The position numbers and the translations under genes are program-made. Positions 8,928-19,511 of a DNA stretch of 64,000 bases are shown piece by piece. The notes under the pieces were generated by a model. It saw nothing but the letters and a program-made list of their open reading frames with translations. It made no database searches and was not told the origin of the DNA. Positions within the stretch are counted from its first letter, which is position 1. Every line of letters starts with the position of its first letter. This stretch comes from Acidobacteriota bacterium (GTDB lineage: Bacteria > Acidobacteriota > Blastocatellia > Pyrinomonadales > Pyrinomonadaceae). The stretch covers positions 18,809 to 82,808 of the forward strand of contig JAFAVK010000078.1 in assembly GCA_019242475.1 (NCBI GenBank), read 5' to 3'.

Positions 8928-10967
8928 ATGAACAACTACCGGCGGCGCTTGTTACTAATCGCGCTGGCGCTCGCTTCCGGCATCATGCCGGTCGTCACGC
9001 TCCTGGCCCAGGACGCGCGCGAGTTGGAGCAGGAGCGCGCCGCGAGCAGGAAGCTCAAGGGCGAGCACCCCCTGGTCGAGCTGATGCGGACGCGCAAGTC
9101 CGCCCTGCGGCCCGAGCTGTTGGGAGTCCACCCGCGTGTCTACGTGACCGACGCCGAGCTTGACGTTCTACGCCAGCGCGCTCGCACCACGCACCGCGAA
9201 CTCTGGCAGCAGGCCCTCGGTCAAATTCGCGCTCTCAACACCAACCCGCCGCCCCCGCCCGCCGAAGAGCGCCGCGCGCAGAATGAAGTCGGCCTCGGGA
9301 TTGCCGAGGCCGCCCTCGCTTACAAAATCGAAGGCGACAAAAAATACCTCGACGCCGCCAAGCGGTACATGGACGCCGCCGTCTCTTACGAGGTCTGGGG
9401 CTACAGCTTCAACAAGCCGAACGTTGACCTCGCCGCCGGCCACCTGCTCTACGGCCTCGGCTGGGGCTACGACCTGCTCTACCACGACCTCAGCGAGACG
9501 GAACGCGCGCGCTACCGCGAGAAGCTCGCGAAGCAGGCGCGCCTGATGTACGACTTCTTCAAGCCGAAGCCGGGGAAGACCTACGCCTACAGCCAGAACC
9601 ACACCTTCATCCCCATCTCCGGCCTCGGCGTCGCGGCCTACGCGCTCTACGACGAGGAGAAGGACGCGCCCGAGTGGGCCAGGCTCGCGCGCGCGATCTT
9701 CGACCGCACGCTGGCGACCTACACGCCGGACGGCTACTACTACGAGGGCTTCGAATACTGGATTTTCTCGACGCCCTGGCTCGTGCATTACATGGACGCG
9801 CACCTGCACGCGACGGGCGAAGACCTCTTCGACCTCCCCGGCCTCCGCCACACGCACGAGTACGTCGCGCACTCGATGCTGCCTTCGGGGCAGTACGTCT
9901 TCGACTTCGGCGACGTGTTCGAGGGGCCGCTCACGCGCGCCGGGCGCGGCGAAGAGTACCCGCGCACGCACCCCGGCGGACACTTCCACACGAACTACAA
10001 CCTGCTCTACCGACTGGCCTCGCGCTTTCGCAGCGGCGAAGCGCAGGGCGTGGCCCTCTGGCTCAAATCGTTGGGGCAGGTCAACGCGGAGGACTACTGG
10101 TCGCTCCTCTGGTACGACCCCGGAGTGAAGCCCGTCCCGATTGAGCGACAGCCGACTTCTCACTACTTCCCCGACCACGAGGTCGTCTACTGGCGTAGCG
10201 GCTGGACACCAACGGCGACGGCTTTCGCTTTTAAAGCCGGCCCGCCCGAAGGCCATCACGCCGCCGAACAGCTCAGACAGTTCTCCGACTGGCGTCTCTC
10301 TTCGGGGCACGCCCACCCGGACGCGAACAGCTTCATCATCTACGCGCGCGGCAAGTATCTGACGGGCGATTCGGGTTACGCGGGCGTGCCCCTCACGGCG
10401 CACCACAACACCGTCCTCGTTGACGGGCGCGGGCAGGGCAAGGAGGGCGGGGGCCACGACGCTTTCGACGGCTTCCCCTACGACCGGCTTAATCAGATTC
10501 GCATCACGGAGGCGCAACTCGGCGCGGACTCGGCGGTCGTGCGCGGCGACGCGACGGCCGCTTACGACGAAGGGCTCAGCCTCACGCGCTTTGTCCGGGA
10601 ACTGAAATTTACGGAGGGCGGCGGCTTCACCGTCACGGACGACCTACAGGCGCGGCGGCCCGTCCGCTTCACTTCGCTTTTGCACGCGGACGAGCGCATC
10701 GACAAACTGGACGGGGGGAGTTTCGCCTTCGACGCAGGGGGCGTCAGACTGCTCGTCTCGCCCGAAGCGGGGGCGGCCGGTGAGACCACCGCGGTTGAAG
10801 ATAATGAGTTGACGGCGCCCGGCCCTCCCGGCGCCGTCGATAAGGGCGAGCGGCAGGTGCGCGGTCGTCGTCTCGCTATCTCGACGAGCGCGCCCGTCAC
10901 TCAAGCCACCTTCCGCCTGCGTCTTAAAGTTGAAGGCGGCGCTCAGGCAGACCACACGCATCGTTGA
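8928..10967 (+). CDS. Secreted heparinase II/III-like protein (polysaccharide-lyase-like)
   Basis: The ORF opens at 8913 (TGATG overlap with the SDR stop). ATG 8928 has a GGGAG just upstream and gives the signal peptide MNNYRRRLLLIALALASGIMPVVTLLAQ. N-terminal alpha-toroid-like region (HPRVYVTDAELDVLRQRART..., AAGHLLYGLGWGYDLLY). C-terminal part has the family-typical His/Asp cluster (SGHAHPDANSFIIYARGKYL). Confidence 0.75.
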   Translation: MNNYRRRLLLIALALASGIMPVVTLLAQDARELEQERAASRKLKGEHPLVELMRTRKSALRPELLGVHPRVYVTDAELDVLRQRARTTHRELWQQALGQIRALNTNPPPPPAEERRAQNEVGLGIAEAALAYKIEGDKKYLDAAKRYMDAAVSYEVWGYSFNKPNVDLAAGHLLYGLGWGYDLLYHDLSETERARYREKLAKQARLMYDFFKPKPGKTYAYSQNHTFIPISGLGVAAYALYDEEKDAPEWARLARAIFDRTLATYTPDGYYYEGFEYWIFSTPWLVHYMDAHLHATGEDLFDLPGLRHTHEYVAHSMLPSGQYVFDFGDVFEGPLTRAGRGEEYPRTHPGGHFHTNYNLLYRLASRFRSGEAQGVALWLKSLGQVNAEDYWSLLWYDPGVKPVPIERQPTSHYFPDHEVVYWRSGWTPTATAFAFKAGPPEGHHAAEQLRQFSDWRLSSGHAHPDANSFIIYARGKYLTGDSGYAGVPLTAHHNTVLVDGRGQGKEGGGHDAFDGFPYDRLNQIRITEAQLGADSAVVRGDATAAYDEGLSLTRFVRELKFTEGGGFTVTDDLQARRPVRFTSLLHADERIDKLDGGSFAFDAGGVRLLVSPEAGAAGETTAVEDNELTAPGPPGAVDKGERQVRGRRLAISTSAPVTQATFRLRLKVEGGAQADHTHR

Positions 10968-10994
10968 CCGAAGACGCCCGCGCCCGCGGCTCAC

Positions 10995-13900
10995 TCATTT
11001 AACGCACCCCGGCTCGGCGGACGCCGCGCCCTCGGCGGCGAGCGGCGCGAGGCCGTACTTGCTAAGCAGCGCGTTGAGGGCCGGCACCGCGCTGGTCTCC
11101 GCGCCGCGCAGCCGCGCGAGCCCCGCGCGCAGAGACTCGCACGACTCCTTCACGCGCGCGCCCGCCGTCTCCGGCGGGCGCGCGTCGCCGCTCTCGACCA
11201 TCGACATGTAGCGCGACAGGTCGCGGTTGACCGAGCCGAGCCCGGGCGTCTCGCCCGCCCCATCCGCGACCGCTTCGAGTTCCTTGTCCAGCGCCGCCGC
11301 CGCTTCGGCCGCGTCCTTCGCGCCCGGGTCGCCGGAAAGCTTCTTCAACCTCTCGGCCAACTCGGCGCGCAAAGACGTTACCGCCTCGTAAGAGTCGTGA
11401 CTGGCGCGCATCATCTCCGACATCTCGTCCGCGAGTTCGAACTGTGCCGCGAGGTCTCCGGGCGCGACGCGCACGCGCGGGTCTAAGGTGACGGCGAGCG
11501 TCTGCCGGTAAGTCTCGCCGTCAACGGTCAACAACACTTCGTAGTTGCCGGGGACGACCAGAGGCCCCTGCGGCTGGCGGCGCGGCGTCTCGCCGGGGAC
11601 TGCGTGATCCGGCAGTGTGTACTCGACGTAGTCGAGGCGCCGGCCGTAGAAGCTGAACGGAAGTGCGAGCGGGTCGGGCAGGCGCAAGTCCCACACGAAC
11701 CGGTTGAGGCCGGGCTTCGCCGTGAGCGCCGCCGGCGGCGCGAACCAGTAATCGGGCACGTTCGCAGGGGCGCCGCCCGGCGCGGGCGGCGCGCTGGTAA
11801 AGCGACGCAGCACGCGGCCGCGCGGGTCTCGAATCTCAAGCGACACTTCGCGCGCGGGCGACTTCAGATAGTAGTCGATGATCGCGCCGTCGGGCGGGTT
11901 CTCGCCCGCGGGCGTCTCCCTCTCAAGCGGCGTCTCCTGCCAGTTGTCCCAACGCACGCGCACCGCCGCCTTCGGGCGGAAGAGTTGCGCGCGCCGGTCG
12001 GCGTTCGCGCCGAGCTGGCGCAGCGGCGAGAGGTCGTCGAGAATCCAGAGGCCGCGCCCGTAGGTCGCCGCGACGAGGTCGCCCGCGTGGACGGACAGGT
12101 CGCGCACGGGCGAGGTCGGGAGGTTGAATTGAAGCGGCCGCCACGCGTCGCCCGAGTCGAAGGAGACGAACACGCCCTTGTCCGTGCCGGCGTAGAGGAG
12201 CCCCTTGCGCTCCCGGTCTTCGCGGACGACGTGCAGGTGCCCGCGCTCGGGCAGCCCCGTCACAATCTTCTGCCAGGTGCGGCCGCCGTCCCTCGTGCGG
12301 AAGGCGTAGGGGCTCAGGTCGCCGCGCGGGCCGAAGGCGACGGCGTAGGCGGTCTCGGCGTCCGCGGGCGAAGGCTCGATGCGCGTGAAGCTTGAGCCCT
12401 CGGGCAGGCCCGGCGGCGTCACCTCGCGCCACGACTTGCCGTCGTCGGGCGTGAGCTGCACGAGCCCCGTGCTCGTGCCGACCCAGATTTCGCCGGCGCG
12501 CACCGGCGAAGGCGCGATCTCACGAATCACGCCCGCCGGCGGCCCGCCCGACTGCGACTCTTCTCCCTCTTCCCCTCCCTCGCGTTCCGACTCCGCGCTC
12601 TCGACGTGGCCCGTGCGCGCGGGCGTGCCCGAGGGCTTCGGCGCCGGCTGCTGCGTCGCCGCCTTCAGGGTCAGGTCGGGGCTCAACTCGCGCCAGGTCT
12701 TCGCGCCGTCGTCGGAGGCGAGCAGGCTCTGCATGCCGACGTAGAGCGTCCGGCGGTCTGTGGGCGAGAAGGCGAGCGGCGTCTCCCAGGCGTAACGGTG
12801 CTTCGGGCTCGGGATGAAGACCGTGGAGATTTGGCCCGTCCTCCGGTCGAGGCGGATGACGGTGCCGTACCAGCCGACGGAGTAGACGAGGTTCGTGTCG
12901 CGCGGGTCGGGCGCGACGTAGCCGCTCTCGAACGCGCCCGTCGAGAACCAGTCGCGGAAGGTGATGCGGCCGTAGTCGCTCCGGTTCGGCACGGCGACCG
13001 AGCCGCTGTCCTGCTGCGCCGCGTAGGCGTGGTAGGGGAACTCGTCGTCCGTGATGACGTGGTAGAGCTGCCCCGTCGGCTGGTTGTACCAGAGGCTCCA
13101 GGTGCGGCCGTCGTCGAGCGTGACGGTCGCGCCCTGATCCGTCCCCATCAGCATCCTTCGCGGGTCGCGCGGGTCGATCCAGAGGACGTGGTCGTCCTCG
13201 CCGCTCGGCGTCCCCTTGAACGCCTCGAAGGTCTTCCCGCCGTCGGTCGAGCGGTAGGTGGAGGTCTGCATCACGTAGACCGTCTCGGGGTCGCGCGGGT
13301 CTGCGTACGTGTGGCCGAAGAACCCGCTCCCGACGACGCGCGGGTCGGCGGTCGCGCGCGCCCAACTCCCGCCGCCGTCGTCCGAGCGGAAGAGGCCCTG
13401 ATTCATGATCGCGTAGACGCGCCCCTCCTTAGCCGCGGCCGCGACGCCGATGCGCCCGCGCCCGCCCTCGGGCAGCCCCGCGCCGCTCAGCTGTCGCCAC
13501 GTCTCGCCGCCGTCCGTAGACTTGAAGATGTTTGACTCGGCCGGGGGCCGCTTGTCGTTCGGGTTGCCGGCGCGGCCCGCCCACGACGCGGCGTAGACGG
13601 TGCGTGCGTCGCCGGGCGCGGCGCACATGTCCGCGATGCCGGCGCGTTCGCCCGTCGAGAGAACCTGCCGCCAGTTCTTCCCGCCGTCCGCCGTCCGGTA
13701 GACGCCGCGCGCGGCGCCCGAGACGGGGTCGCCGAGCGAGCCGACGAGGACGACGTTCGGGTCGCGCGGGTCAACGATGATCGAGTAGATGTAGCGGGTG
13801 TCGCGCAGGCCGACGTTAGCCCACGTCGCGCCGCCGTCGGTCGATTTATAAACGCCGTCGCCCTCCGTCTCCTCGCCCGTCCCGACGTAGACGATCTCGG

Positions 13901-14237
13901 GGTTCGACGGCGCGAGCGCGAGCGCCCCGACGGACGAGACGCGCGCGGCGTCGAAGACGGGCTCCCAGACCACCCCGCCGTCGGTCGTCTTCCAGACGCC
14001 GCCGCCCGGGGTCGCCATGTAGTAGACGGCGGGCCGGTCGGGGATGCCCGCGACCGCGGTCACGCGCCCCGCGCGGTGCGGCCCGATAAGTCGCCAGCGC
14101 AGCGCCGAGTAGTCGCCCTGGTCGTACTGCTGCCCCGCCGCGAGACCCGCCGCGCCGAAGGCGCACGCGAGCAGGAGCACGGCGCGTCGTGAAAGCGATA
14201 GAAGCTTCATAACGTCGCTCACTATTACCCTTCTCAT
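10995..14237 (-). CDS. BNR/Asp-box repeat, sortilin (VPS10)-like double-propeller protein, secreted
   Basis: 1080 aa. At least 10 Asp-box repeats ([72 protein letters not shown] ...). Signal peptide from the internal Met at 14210 (MKLLSLSRRAVLLLACAFGAAGLAAG). An extra helical C-terminal tail is absent from the paralog at 15512. Confidence 0.85.
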   Translation of the reverse strand: MRRVIVSDVMKLLSLSRRAVLLLACAFGAAGLAAGQQYDQGDYSALRWRLIGPHRAGRVTAVAGIPDRPAVYYMATPGGGVWKTTDGGVVWEPVFDAARVSSVGALALAPSNPEIVYVGTGEETEGDGVYKSTDGGATWANVGLRDTRYIYSIIVDPRDPNVVLVGSLGDPVSGAARGVYRTADGGKNWRQVLSTGERAGIADMCAAPGDARTVYAASWAGRAGNPNDKRPPAESNIFKSTDGGETWRQLSGAGLPEGGRGRIGVAAAAKEGRVYAIMNQGLFRSDDGGGSWARATADPRVVGSGFFGHTYADPRDPETVYVMQTSTYRSTDGGKTFEAFKGTPSGEDDHVLWIDPRDPRRMLMGTDQGATVTLDDGRTWSLWYNQPTGQLYHVITDDEFPYHAYAAQQDSGSVAVPNRSDYGRITFRDWFSTGAFESGYVAPDPRDTNLVYSVGWYGTVIRLDRRTGQISTVFIPSPKHRYAWETPLAFSPTDRRTLYVGMQSLLASDDGAKTWRELSPDLTLKAATQQPAPKPSGTPARTGHVESAESEREGGEEGEESQSGGPPAGVIREIAPSPVRAGEIWVGTSTGLVQLTPDDGKSWREVTPPGLPEGSSFTRIEPSPADAETAYAVAFGPRGDLSPYAFRTRDGGRTWQKIVTGLPERGHLHVVREDRERKGLLYAGTDKGVFVSFDSGDAWRPLQFNLPTSPVRDLSVHAGDLVAATYGRGLWILDDLSPLRQLGANADRRAQLFRPKAAVRVRWDNWQETPLERETPAGENPPDGAIIDYYLKSPAREVSLEIRDPRGRVLRRFTSAPPAPGGAPANVPDYWFAPPAALTAKPGLNRFVWDLRLPDPLALPFSFYGRRLDYVEYTLPDHAVPGETPRRQPQGPLVVPGNYEVLLTVDGETYRQTLAVTLDPRVRVAPGDLAAQFELADEMSEMMRASHDSYEAVTSLRAELAERLKKLSGDPGAKDAAEAAAALDKELEAVADGAGETPGLGSVNRDLSRYMSMVESGDARPPETAGARVKESCESLRAGLARLRGAETSAVPALNALLSKYGLAPLAAEGAASAEPGCVK

Positions 14238-14244
14238 TGACCTC

Positions 14245-15504
14245 TTACGGCGACTTGTAAACTGCCCCGCCCTTCATCACGAAGCGCACGCGTCGCAGCG
14301 CCGAGACCTCGCGGGTCGGGTCGCCTTCGACCGCGATCAGGTCGGCCAGCAGCCCCGCCTTCACGCGCCCGACCTTGTCGTCCATGCGCAGGACGCGCGC
14401 GTCCACTGACGTGGCCGAGCGCAGCGCGTCGAGCAGGGGCATGCCGAAGTTGACCATCGCCTCGATCTCGCGCGCGTTGTCGCCGTGTGCGAAGACGCCC
14501 ACGTCGCTGCCGCTCGCGATGGTCACGCCCGCCTGGAGTGCGGCCTGGAAGACCTCGCGCTTGTGCGCTTCGTTCCCGCGGCTGGCAATGGCGAGCGTCG
14601 GGCAGAGCGCCGTGCCGCGCTCCTTCATCAGTCTGAAGGCCTCCGGCGTGCCGCCGTCGCCGTGCTCGATGGTGTCCACGCCGGCGAGTATGGCGCGGCG
14701 CATCCCTTCGGTCGTGGTCGCGTGCGCCGCCACGGGGACGCCCGCGCTGTGTGCGACCTCGACCGCCGTCTTCAACTCGTCGAGCGTAAAGGTCGGGGCG
14801 GCCTGTCCCCTTCCCCAGCGGTAGTCCGCGTAGAGCTTGACCCAGTCGGCACCCTTGCCGATCTGCTCGCGCACGGCCCGCACTAAGCCTTCGGGGCCGT
14901 CGGCCTCTTGCGCGCCCTGCGGCACGTCCCATTCGGGCGCGTAACCCTTCGGCGCGTAAGAGCCCGTCGCCACGATGGCGCGCGTCGCCACGAGCATCCG
15001 CGGGCCGGGGATGATGCCCTGTTCGACGGCCTGCTTCAGCCCCACGTCGGCGAAGCCCGCGCCTTCGGTGCCGAGGTCGCGGACGGTCGTGAACCCCGCG
15101 AGCAGGGTGTTGCGCAGGTGGTTGGTGGCTCGGGCCACCCGCAGACTCAGCGCCTCGCGCGCCACCTGGTCGGCCCAGGGCGTCTCGCTGTACGGGTGCA
15201 GCATGACGTGCGAGTGCGCCTCGATGAGACCGGGCAGCAGCGTCAGGCCGGGCAGGTCGGTGATCTTTGCGTCGGCGGGGGCACGGACTTCGCCCGCCGG
15301 CCCGACGGCCTCGATGCGCTCGCCGCGCACGAGCACCACCCAGCCGTCGTGCAACTGCGCGGACTCGCCGTCGAAGACGCGCGCGGGCTTGAGCAGGTAG
15401 ACGGCTTCGGGCTGAGCCGCCGCCGTCGTCACTTGGGCCGAGCCGATGGGACTTGCAAGCATAGAGCACAGGAGGAGCAGGGGCACGTAGCGCATGTTCG
15501 TCAC
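14245..15504 (-). CDS. Periplasmic amidohydrolase-family metallohydrolase
   Basis: Signal peptide ([21 protein letters not shown]). HxH metal motif (LIEAHSHV), later His residues (VAAHATT, IEHGD) and the terminal Asp region (ASGSDVG). COG1228-type architecture. Confidence 0.85.
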   Translation of the reverse strand: MTNMRYVPLLLLCSMLASPIGSAQVTTAAAQPEAVYLLKPARVFDGESAQLHDGWVVLVRGERIEAVGPAGEVRAPADAKITDLPGLTLLPGLIEAHSHVMLHPYSETPWADQVAREALSLRVARATNHLRNTLLAGFTTVRDLGTEGAGFADVGLKQAVEQGIIPGPRMLVATRAIVATGSYAPKGYAPEWDVPQGAQEADGPEGLVRAVREQIGKGADWVKLYADYRWGRGQAAPTFTLDELKTAVEVAHSAGVPVAAHATTTEGMRRAILAGVDTIEHGDGGTPEAFRLMKERGTALCPTLAIASRGNEAHKREVFQAALQAGVTIASGSDVGVFAHGDNAREIEAMVNFGMPLLDALRSATSVDARVLRMDDKVGRVKAGLLADLIAVEGDPTREVSALRRVRFVMKGGAVYKSP

Positions 15505-15511
15505 CTTCCGT

Positions 15512-18229
15512 CTATTTCGCCCGCGGGTCGGCGCTCAGGTGCAACGGCTGCGTGTAGCTCCTGCCGCCGACGGTGAGCTTCACCGTATAGTCCCCGGGCG
15601 GCACCGGCGCCACCCCGCGCCCGCCGAAGACCGCCGCGCCGCCGCGCTGACTGCTGTCGGCGGGCGGGGGCGGGCGGAAGTCCCACGCCCAGCGGTGCAG
15701 GCCGGCCGAGGCCGGGAGCGTCGGTTGGACGCGCACCCAAGAGGCGGGAATGTCGAGCTTGTCCGGATCGACCGGCGTCGGCTTCTCCTCGCTTGAGTAG
15801 AGCCGGACGGTCTTCCCGTCCGCGCCGAGTATCTCCAGCGTGACCGGCCCCGACGCCGCGCTCTTCAAGTAGTAGTCGATGAACGCGCCGTAAGGAGGAT
15901 TCTCCGCCAAAGGCTCGTCGCGCGGCTGCGGCGTGCCGTTCTCGCTGTAGAGCGGGACGATGAAGGCGTCGGCCGGCCGGAAGAGGAACGCGTCGGAGTT
16001 GAAGACCTCCGCGCCCGTCTGCCGCAGCGGCGAGATGTCGTCAATCACCCAGAAGCCCCTGCCGTGCGTCGCCAACACGAGGTCGTTATCCTTCACAACC
16101 AAATCACGCACAGAGACCGGCGGCAGGTTGAGTTGGAGCGACTGCCAGTGGTCGCCGTCGTCGAAGGAGACGAAGACGCCCAGCTCCGTCCCCGCGAAGA
16201 GCAGGCCACGCCGCCGCGGGTCTTCCTTGAGCGTCTGCAAGTAGACGCCCGCGGGCAAGCCGCTCGTAATACTCTGCCACGTCTTGCCGCCGTCGCGCGT
16301 GCGGTAGGCGTGCGGCTCGTAGTCTTCGAGCCGGTGGCGGTCGATGGCCGCGTAAGCCTCCTCCACTTCGAAGTGCGAGGCGTCCATCATCACGACCTTG
16401 CTCCACGCCGTCAGCTCGGGCGGCGTGACGTTGCGCCAGGTCTTCCCGTCGTCGTCAGTCCTGTGGATCAACCCGTCGTCGGTGCCGACCCAGATTGTCT
16501 GCGCGCGCAGCGGCGACGGCGCGATGGTGTAGATGACGCCGCGCCGCTTTCCTTCGGGCGCGTCCGCGGCCGTCGCGGCGTCGAGGTTCGGCGGGGCGCC
16601 GGGGTCTTCGCGCGTGAGGTCTGGACTGATCTGCGTCCAGCTCTCGCCGCCGTCCGTCGTCTTGAAGAGGAACTGGTCGCTGAAGTAGAGCGCGTGCGGG
16701 TCGGCCTGCGAGAAGACCAGGGGCAGCGTCCAGGTGTGGCGCGCGGTGTTCGCGGGCAGGCTCCGTTCGGGCGAGACGTTGACGATCTCGCCCGTCGTGA
16801 CGTTGCAGCGCGTGACGCGCCCGCCGAAGAGTATCTCGGGGTGGAGCGGGTCGGGCGCCGTGTAGTCGCTCTCGCCGCCCGCGCAGACGGGTCGCCAGTC
16901 GTGCGCGGAGATTTCCGCGAGGCTGCTGCGCGAGGGCACGCCGACCGAGCCGCTGTCCTGCTGCGAGCCCGTCGCCCAGTACGGGAAGCGCGCGTCGGCC
17001 GCGACGTGGTACAGCTCGGCGGTCGGCTGGTTGTACCAACTGCTCCAGGTGCGCGCGCCGTCCACGGTCACGACCGCGCCCTGGTCGCTCCCGAGAATCA
17101 TGCGCCGCGGGTCGTCGGGGTTAATCCAGAGCTGGTGGTAGTCGTCGCCGCCGGGCGCGCCCCGGATGGCCGTCCACGTCTTGCCCGCGTCGGTCGAGCG
17201 GTAGAGCGAGGTGTTCGAGACGTAGACCGTGTCGGCGTTCTTCGGGTCTACGTTGACCTTGCAAAAGTACCAGCCGCGCCCCCAGATGCGCGCCTCGTTC
17301 GAGACGAGCGTCCAGGTCGCGCCGGCGTCGTCCGAGCGGTAGAGCCCGCCCGCCTTCGCGTCCACGATGGCGTAGACGCGGCTGCGCATCGACGGCGCGA
17401 CGGCGAGCCCCACACGCCCCAGACGTTCCGAAGGCAGTCCGCCGGTCAACTGCGTCCAGCTGTCGCCGCCGTCCGTAGACTTGAAGACGCCCGCGCCCGG
17501 CCCGTACGAAGGCGGGTAGATGCTCCACGGCGGCCGCCGCGTGTTCCAGAGCGACGCGTAAACGACCTTCGAGTCCGAAGGGTCGAACGCCAGGTCGGCC
17601 GCGCCCACGTCGTCACCCTTGAAGAGAACCTTCTGCCACGTCCTGCCGCCGTCGCGCGTGCGGTAGACGCCGCGCTCCGGGTTCGCGCCGTAGGCGTGGC
17701 CGAGCGCCGCGACGAAGACGACGTTGGGGTCGCGCGGGTCGATGACGATGCGGCTGATCTGCCGCGTGCCTTCGAGACCGAGGTGCTGCCACGTCGCGCC
17801 CGCGTCCGACGAACGGTACATCCCGTTGCCGTATGAAATCTGCGAGCGCATGTCGGCCTCGCCCGTGCCGACGTAGACGACCTGCGGGTTCGAGGGCGCG
17901 ACCGCCACCGCCCCGATGGAAGCGACGGGCTGGGAGTCGAAGACCGGCGCCCACGTCCGCCCCGCGTTGACGGTCTTCCAGACGCCGCCGCCGACCGAGC
18001 CGAAGTAGAAAGTCTCCGGCTCCGTCCTGGCGCCGGCCACCCCGTTCACGCGCCCGCCGCGGAACGGGCCGAGCAGCCGCCAGCGGAGGCTTGAGTAGAA
18101 ACCCGGGTCAACCTGCCGCGCGGCCGCGGCGAAAGGGCAAGAGAGCATGACCGCGGCGAATAACGCGGCGAGTCCCCGGCGCCGGTGCGCCGCGGCAAGG
18201 CGTGCAATCATCTTAGTGACGACCATCAT
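15512..18229 (-). CDS. BNR/Asp-box repeat, sortilin (VPS10)-like double-propeller protein, secreted (paralog of 10995..14237)
   Basis: Asp-boxes [96 protein letters not shown]. The ORF-track start 18397 adds a basic non-signal extension. Met codons at 18229/18226 (GGAAGGGG just upstream) or 18211 give the signal peptide ...[31 protein letters not shown]. Confidence 0.85.
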   Translation of the reverse strand: MMVVTKMIARLAAAHRRRGLAALFAAVMLSCPFAAAARQVDPGFYSSLRWRLLGPFRGGRVNGVAGARTEPETFYFGSVGGGVWKTVNAGRTWAPVFDSQPVASIGAVAVAPSNPQVVYVGTGEADMRSQISYGNGMYRSSDAGATWQHLGLEGTRQISRIVIDPRDPNVVFVAALGHAYGANPERGVYRTRDGGRTWQKVLFKGDDVGAADLAFDPSDSKVVYASLWNTRRPPWSIYPPSYGPGAGVFKSTDGGDSWTQLTGGLPSERLGRVGLAVAPSMRSRVYAIVDAKAGGLYRSDDAGATWTLVSNEARIWGRGWYFCKVNVDPKNADTVYVSNTSLYRSTDAGKTWTAIRGAPGGDDYHQLWINPDDPRRMILGSDQGAVVTVDGARTWSSWYNQPTAELYHVAADARFPYWATGSQQDSGSVGVPSRSSLAEISAHDWRPVCAGGESDYTAPDPLHPEILFGGRVTRCNVTTGEIVNVSPERSLPANTARHTWTLPLVFSQADPHALYFSDQFLFKTTDGGESWTQISPDLTREDPGAPPNLDAATAADAPEGKRRGVIYTIAPSPLRAQTIWVGTDDGLIHRTDDDGKTWRNVTPPELTAWSKVVMMDASHFEVEEAYAAIDRHRLEDYEPHAYRTRDGGKTWQSITSGLPAGVYLQTLKEDPRRRGLLFAGTELGVFVSFDDGDHWQSLQLNLPPVSVRDLVVKDNDLVLATHGRGFWVIDDISPLRQTGAEVFNSDAFLFRPADAFIVPLYSENGTPQPRDEPLAENPPYGAFIDYYLKSAASGPVTLEILGADGKTVRLYSSEEKPTPVDPDKLDIPASWVRVQPTLPASAGLHRWAWDFRPPPPADSSQRGGAAVFGGRGVAPVPPGDYTVKLTVGGRSYTQPLHLSADPRAK

Positions 18230-18347
18230 TCCCCTTCCGACCTTCCACGTAAACCGCATCTTGTCCATGAAAAGAGATATATGCTGGCCGCACTCAGAAG
18301 GCAAGGGCTTAACCCGTCGGGGCGGGCGCCATCTCACGCGCGGGGTT

Positions 18348-18375
18348 TTGCCGCGCCGGCCGCACCGCTTAAAAT
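18348..18375 (+). promoter_or_regulatory. Promoter candidate for the 2-hydroxyacid dehydrogenase gene
   Basis: TTGCCG (18348..18353), 16-nt spacer, TAAAAT (18370..18375), about 45 nt upstream of ATG 18422, which has an AAGGA Shine-Dalgarno 8 nt upstream. Confidence 0.3.
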
Positions 18376-18421
18376 GCGTGTGCAAACGCTCTCGCACTTC
18401 CGACTTCTAAGGACAAGCCGA

Positions 18422-19450
18422 ATGGAAACGCAAGAAGGGGTCATCCTGCTCGACCCGCACCCGCGCCCGGTCGATCTCATCTTCAGCCCGGAGGACAAGG
18501 CGCGGCTCGAACGGCTCGGGCGCGTCGTCTGGCACGACGGGTCGCCCGCGCCGGACGAGCACGTCGAGAAGTACCTGCCCGAGGCGGTCGCCATCATCGG
18601 GCAGACGCCGATGCCGCGCGAGCGCCTTGAGCGCGCGCCCCGCCTGCGCCTGATCGCCAACGTCGAGAGCAACTTCCTGCCGAACGTGGACTACGAGGAG
18701 TGCCACCGGCGGAACATCCACGTCGTCGCCACCGGCCCCGTCTTCGCGCAGCCCGTCGCCGAGATGGCGCTCGGGATGGCGCTCGCCTGCGCGCGGCGCA
18801 TCCACGAGGCGGACGCGGCCGTCCGCCGCGGCCACGAGTCGCTCTACGGCGAGGCCGACAACTACGACTCATTCCTGCTTAAAGGTAAGACGCTCGGGCT
18901 GCTCGGCTGCGGCAACCTCGGCCGCGCGCTGCTGCCGCTGCTCCGGCCCTTCTCGCGCGACATCGTCGTGCACGACCCGTGGATTCACCCGAGCGTGCTG
19001 CGCGAGCTGGGCGCGGAGCCCGTCGGCTTCGACGAGTTGTTCGCGCGCGCGCGTGTGCTCTTCGTGCTCGCCGCGACGACGACCGAGAACCAGGGCGCCA
19101 TCGGCGCGCGGCAGTTCGGCGCGATGCAAAAGGGCTCGGTCTTCGTCCTCGTCAGCCGGGCCGGCGTCGTGGACTTCGAAGCGATGCTCGACGCGGCCGC
19201 GTCCGGCCGCATCCGCGTCGCCGTGGACGTTTTCCCCGAAGAGCCGATCCCCGCCGGCCACCGCGCGCGGCGCACGCCCAACACACTGCTCTCGGCGCAC
19301 CGCGCCGGCAACATCCCCGAAATCTGGCCCGGCATGGGCTCGATGGTCGTGGACGATCTCGAACTCGTCCTGCGCGGGCTCCCGCCGCAGCGCTGCCAGC
19401 GCGCCGCCCCCGAGACGGTCTCCCGCCTGCGCAGCAAGCCCATCTCCTGA
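18422..19450 (+). CDS. D-isomer-specific 2-hydroxyacid dehydrogenase family protein
   Basis: Start taken at METQEGVILL... (in frame with ORF 18185). NAD-binding GxGxxG (LLGCGNLGRALL...VHDP) and the catalytic-domain pattern ending ...LSAHRAGN. Confidence 0.85.
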   Translation: METQEGVILLDPHPRPVDLIFSPEDKARLERLGRVVWHDGSPAPDEHVEKYLPEAVAIIGQTPMPRERLERAPRLRLIANVESNFLPNVDYEECHRRNIHVVATGPVFAQPVAEMALGMALACARRIHEADAAVRRGHESLYGEADNYDSFLLKGKTLGLLGCGNLGRALLPLLRPFSRDIVVHDPWIHPSVLRELGAEPVGFDELFARARVLFVLAATTTENQGAIGARQFGAMQKGSVFVLVSRAGVVDFEAMLDAAASGRIRVAVDVFPEEPIPAGHRARRTPNTLLSAHRAGNIPEIWPGMGSMVVDDLELVLRGLPPQRCQRAAPETVSRLRSKPIS

Positions 19451-19463
19451 ACCGCCGAACGCT

Positions 19464-19504
19464 GAACGTTGAACTGAAAGGCAAAGGTTTTCAGTCCGAC
19501 GTTC
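19464..19504. terminator. Bidirectional terminator-like hairpin between convergent genes
   Basis: AT-rich island. The inner stem ACTGAAA (19473..19479) pairs with TTTCAGT (19489..19495) around a 9-nt loop. The outer stem GAACGT (19464..19469) pairs with ACGTTC (19499..19504). It lies between the stop codons at 19450 (+) and 19512 (-). Confidence 0.5.
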
Positions 19505-19511
19505 ATTGTTC

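Noticed and set aside
10968-10994. An expected terminator between the convergent genes ending at 10967 (+) and 10995 (-).
   Set aside because: The 27-nt spacer contains only the self-complementary CCGCGG and no convincing stem-loop. I could not support a terminator call.
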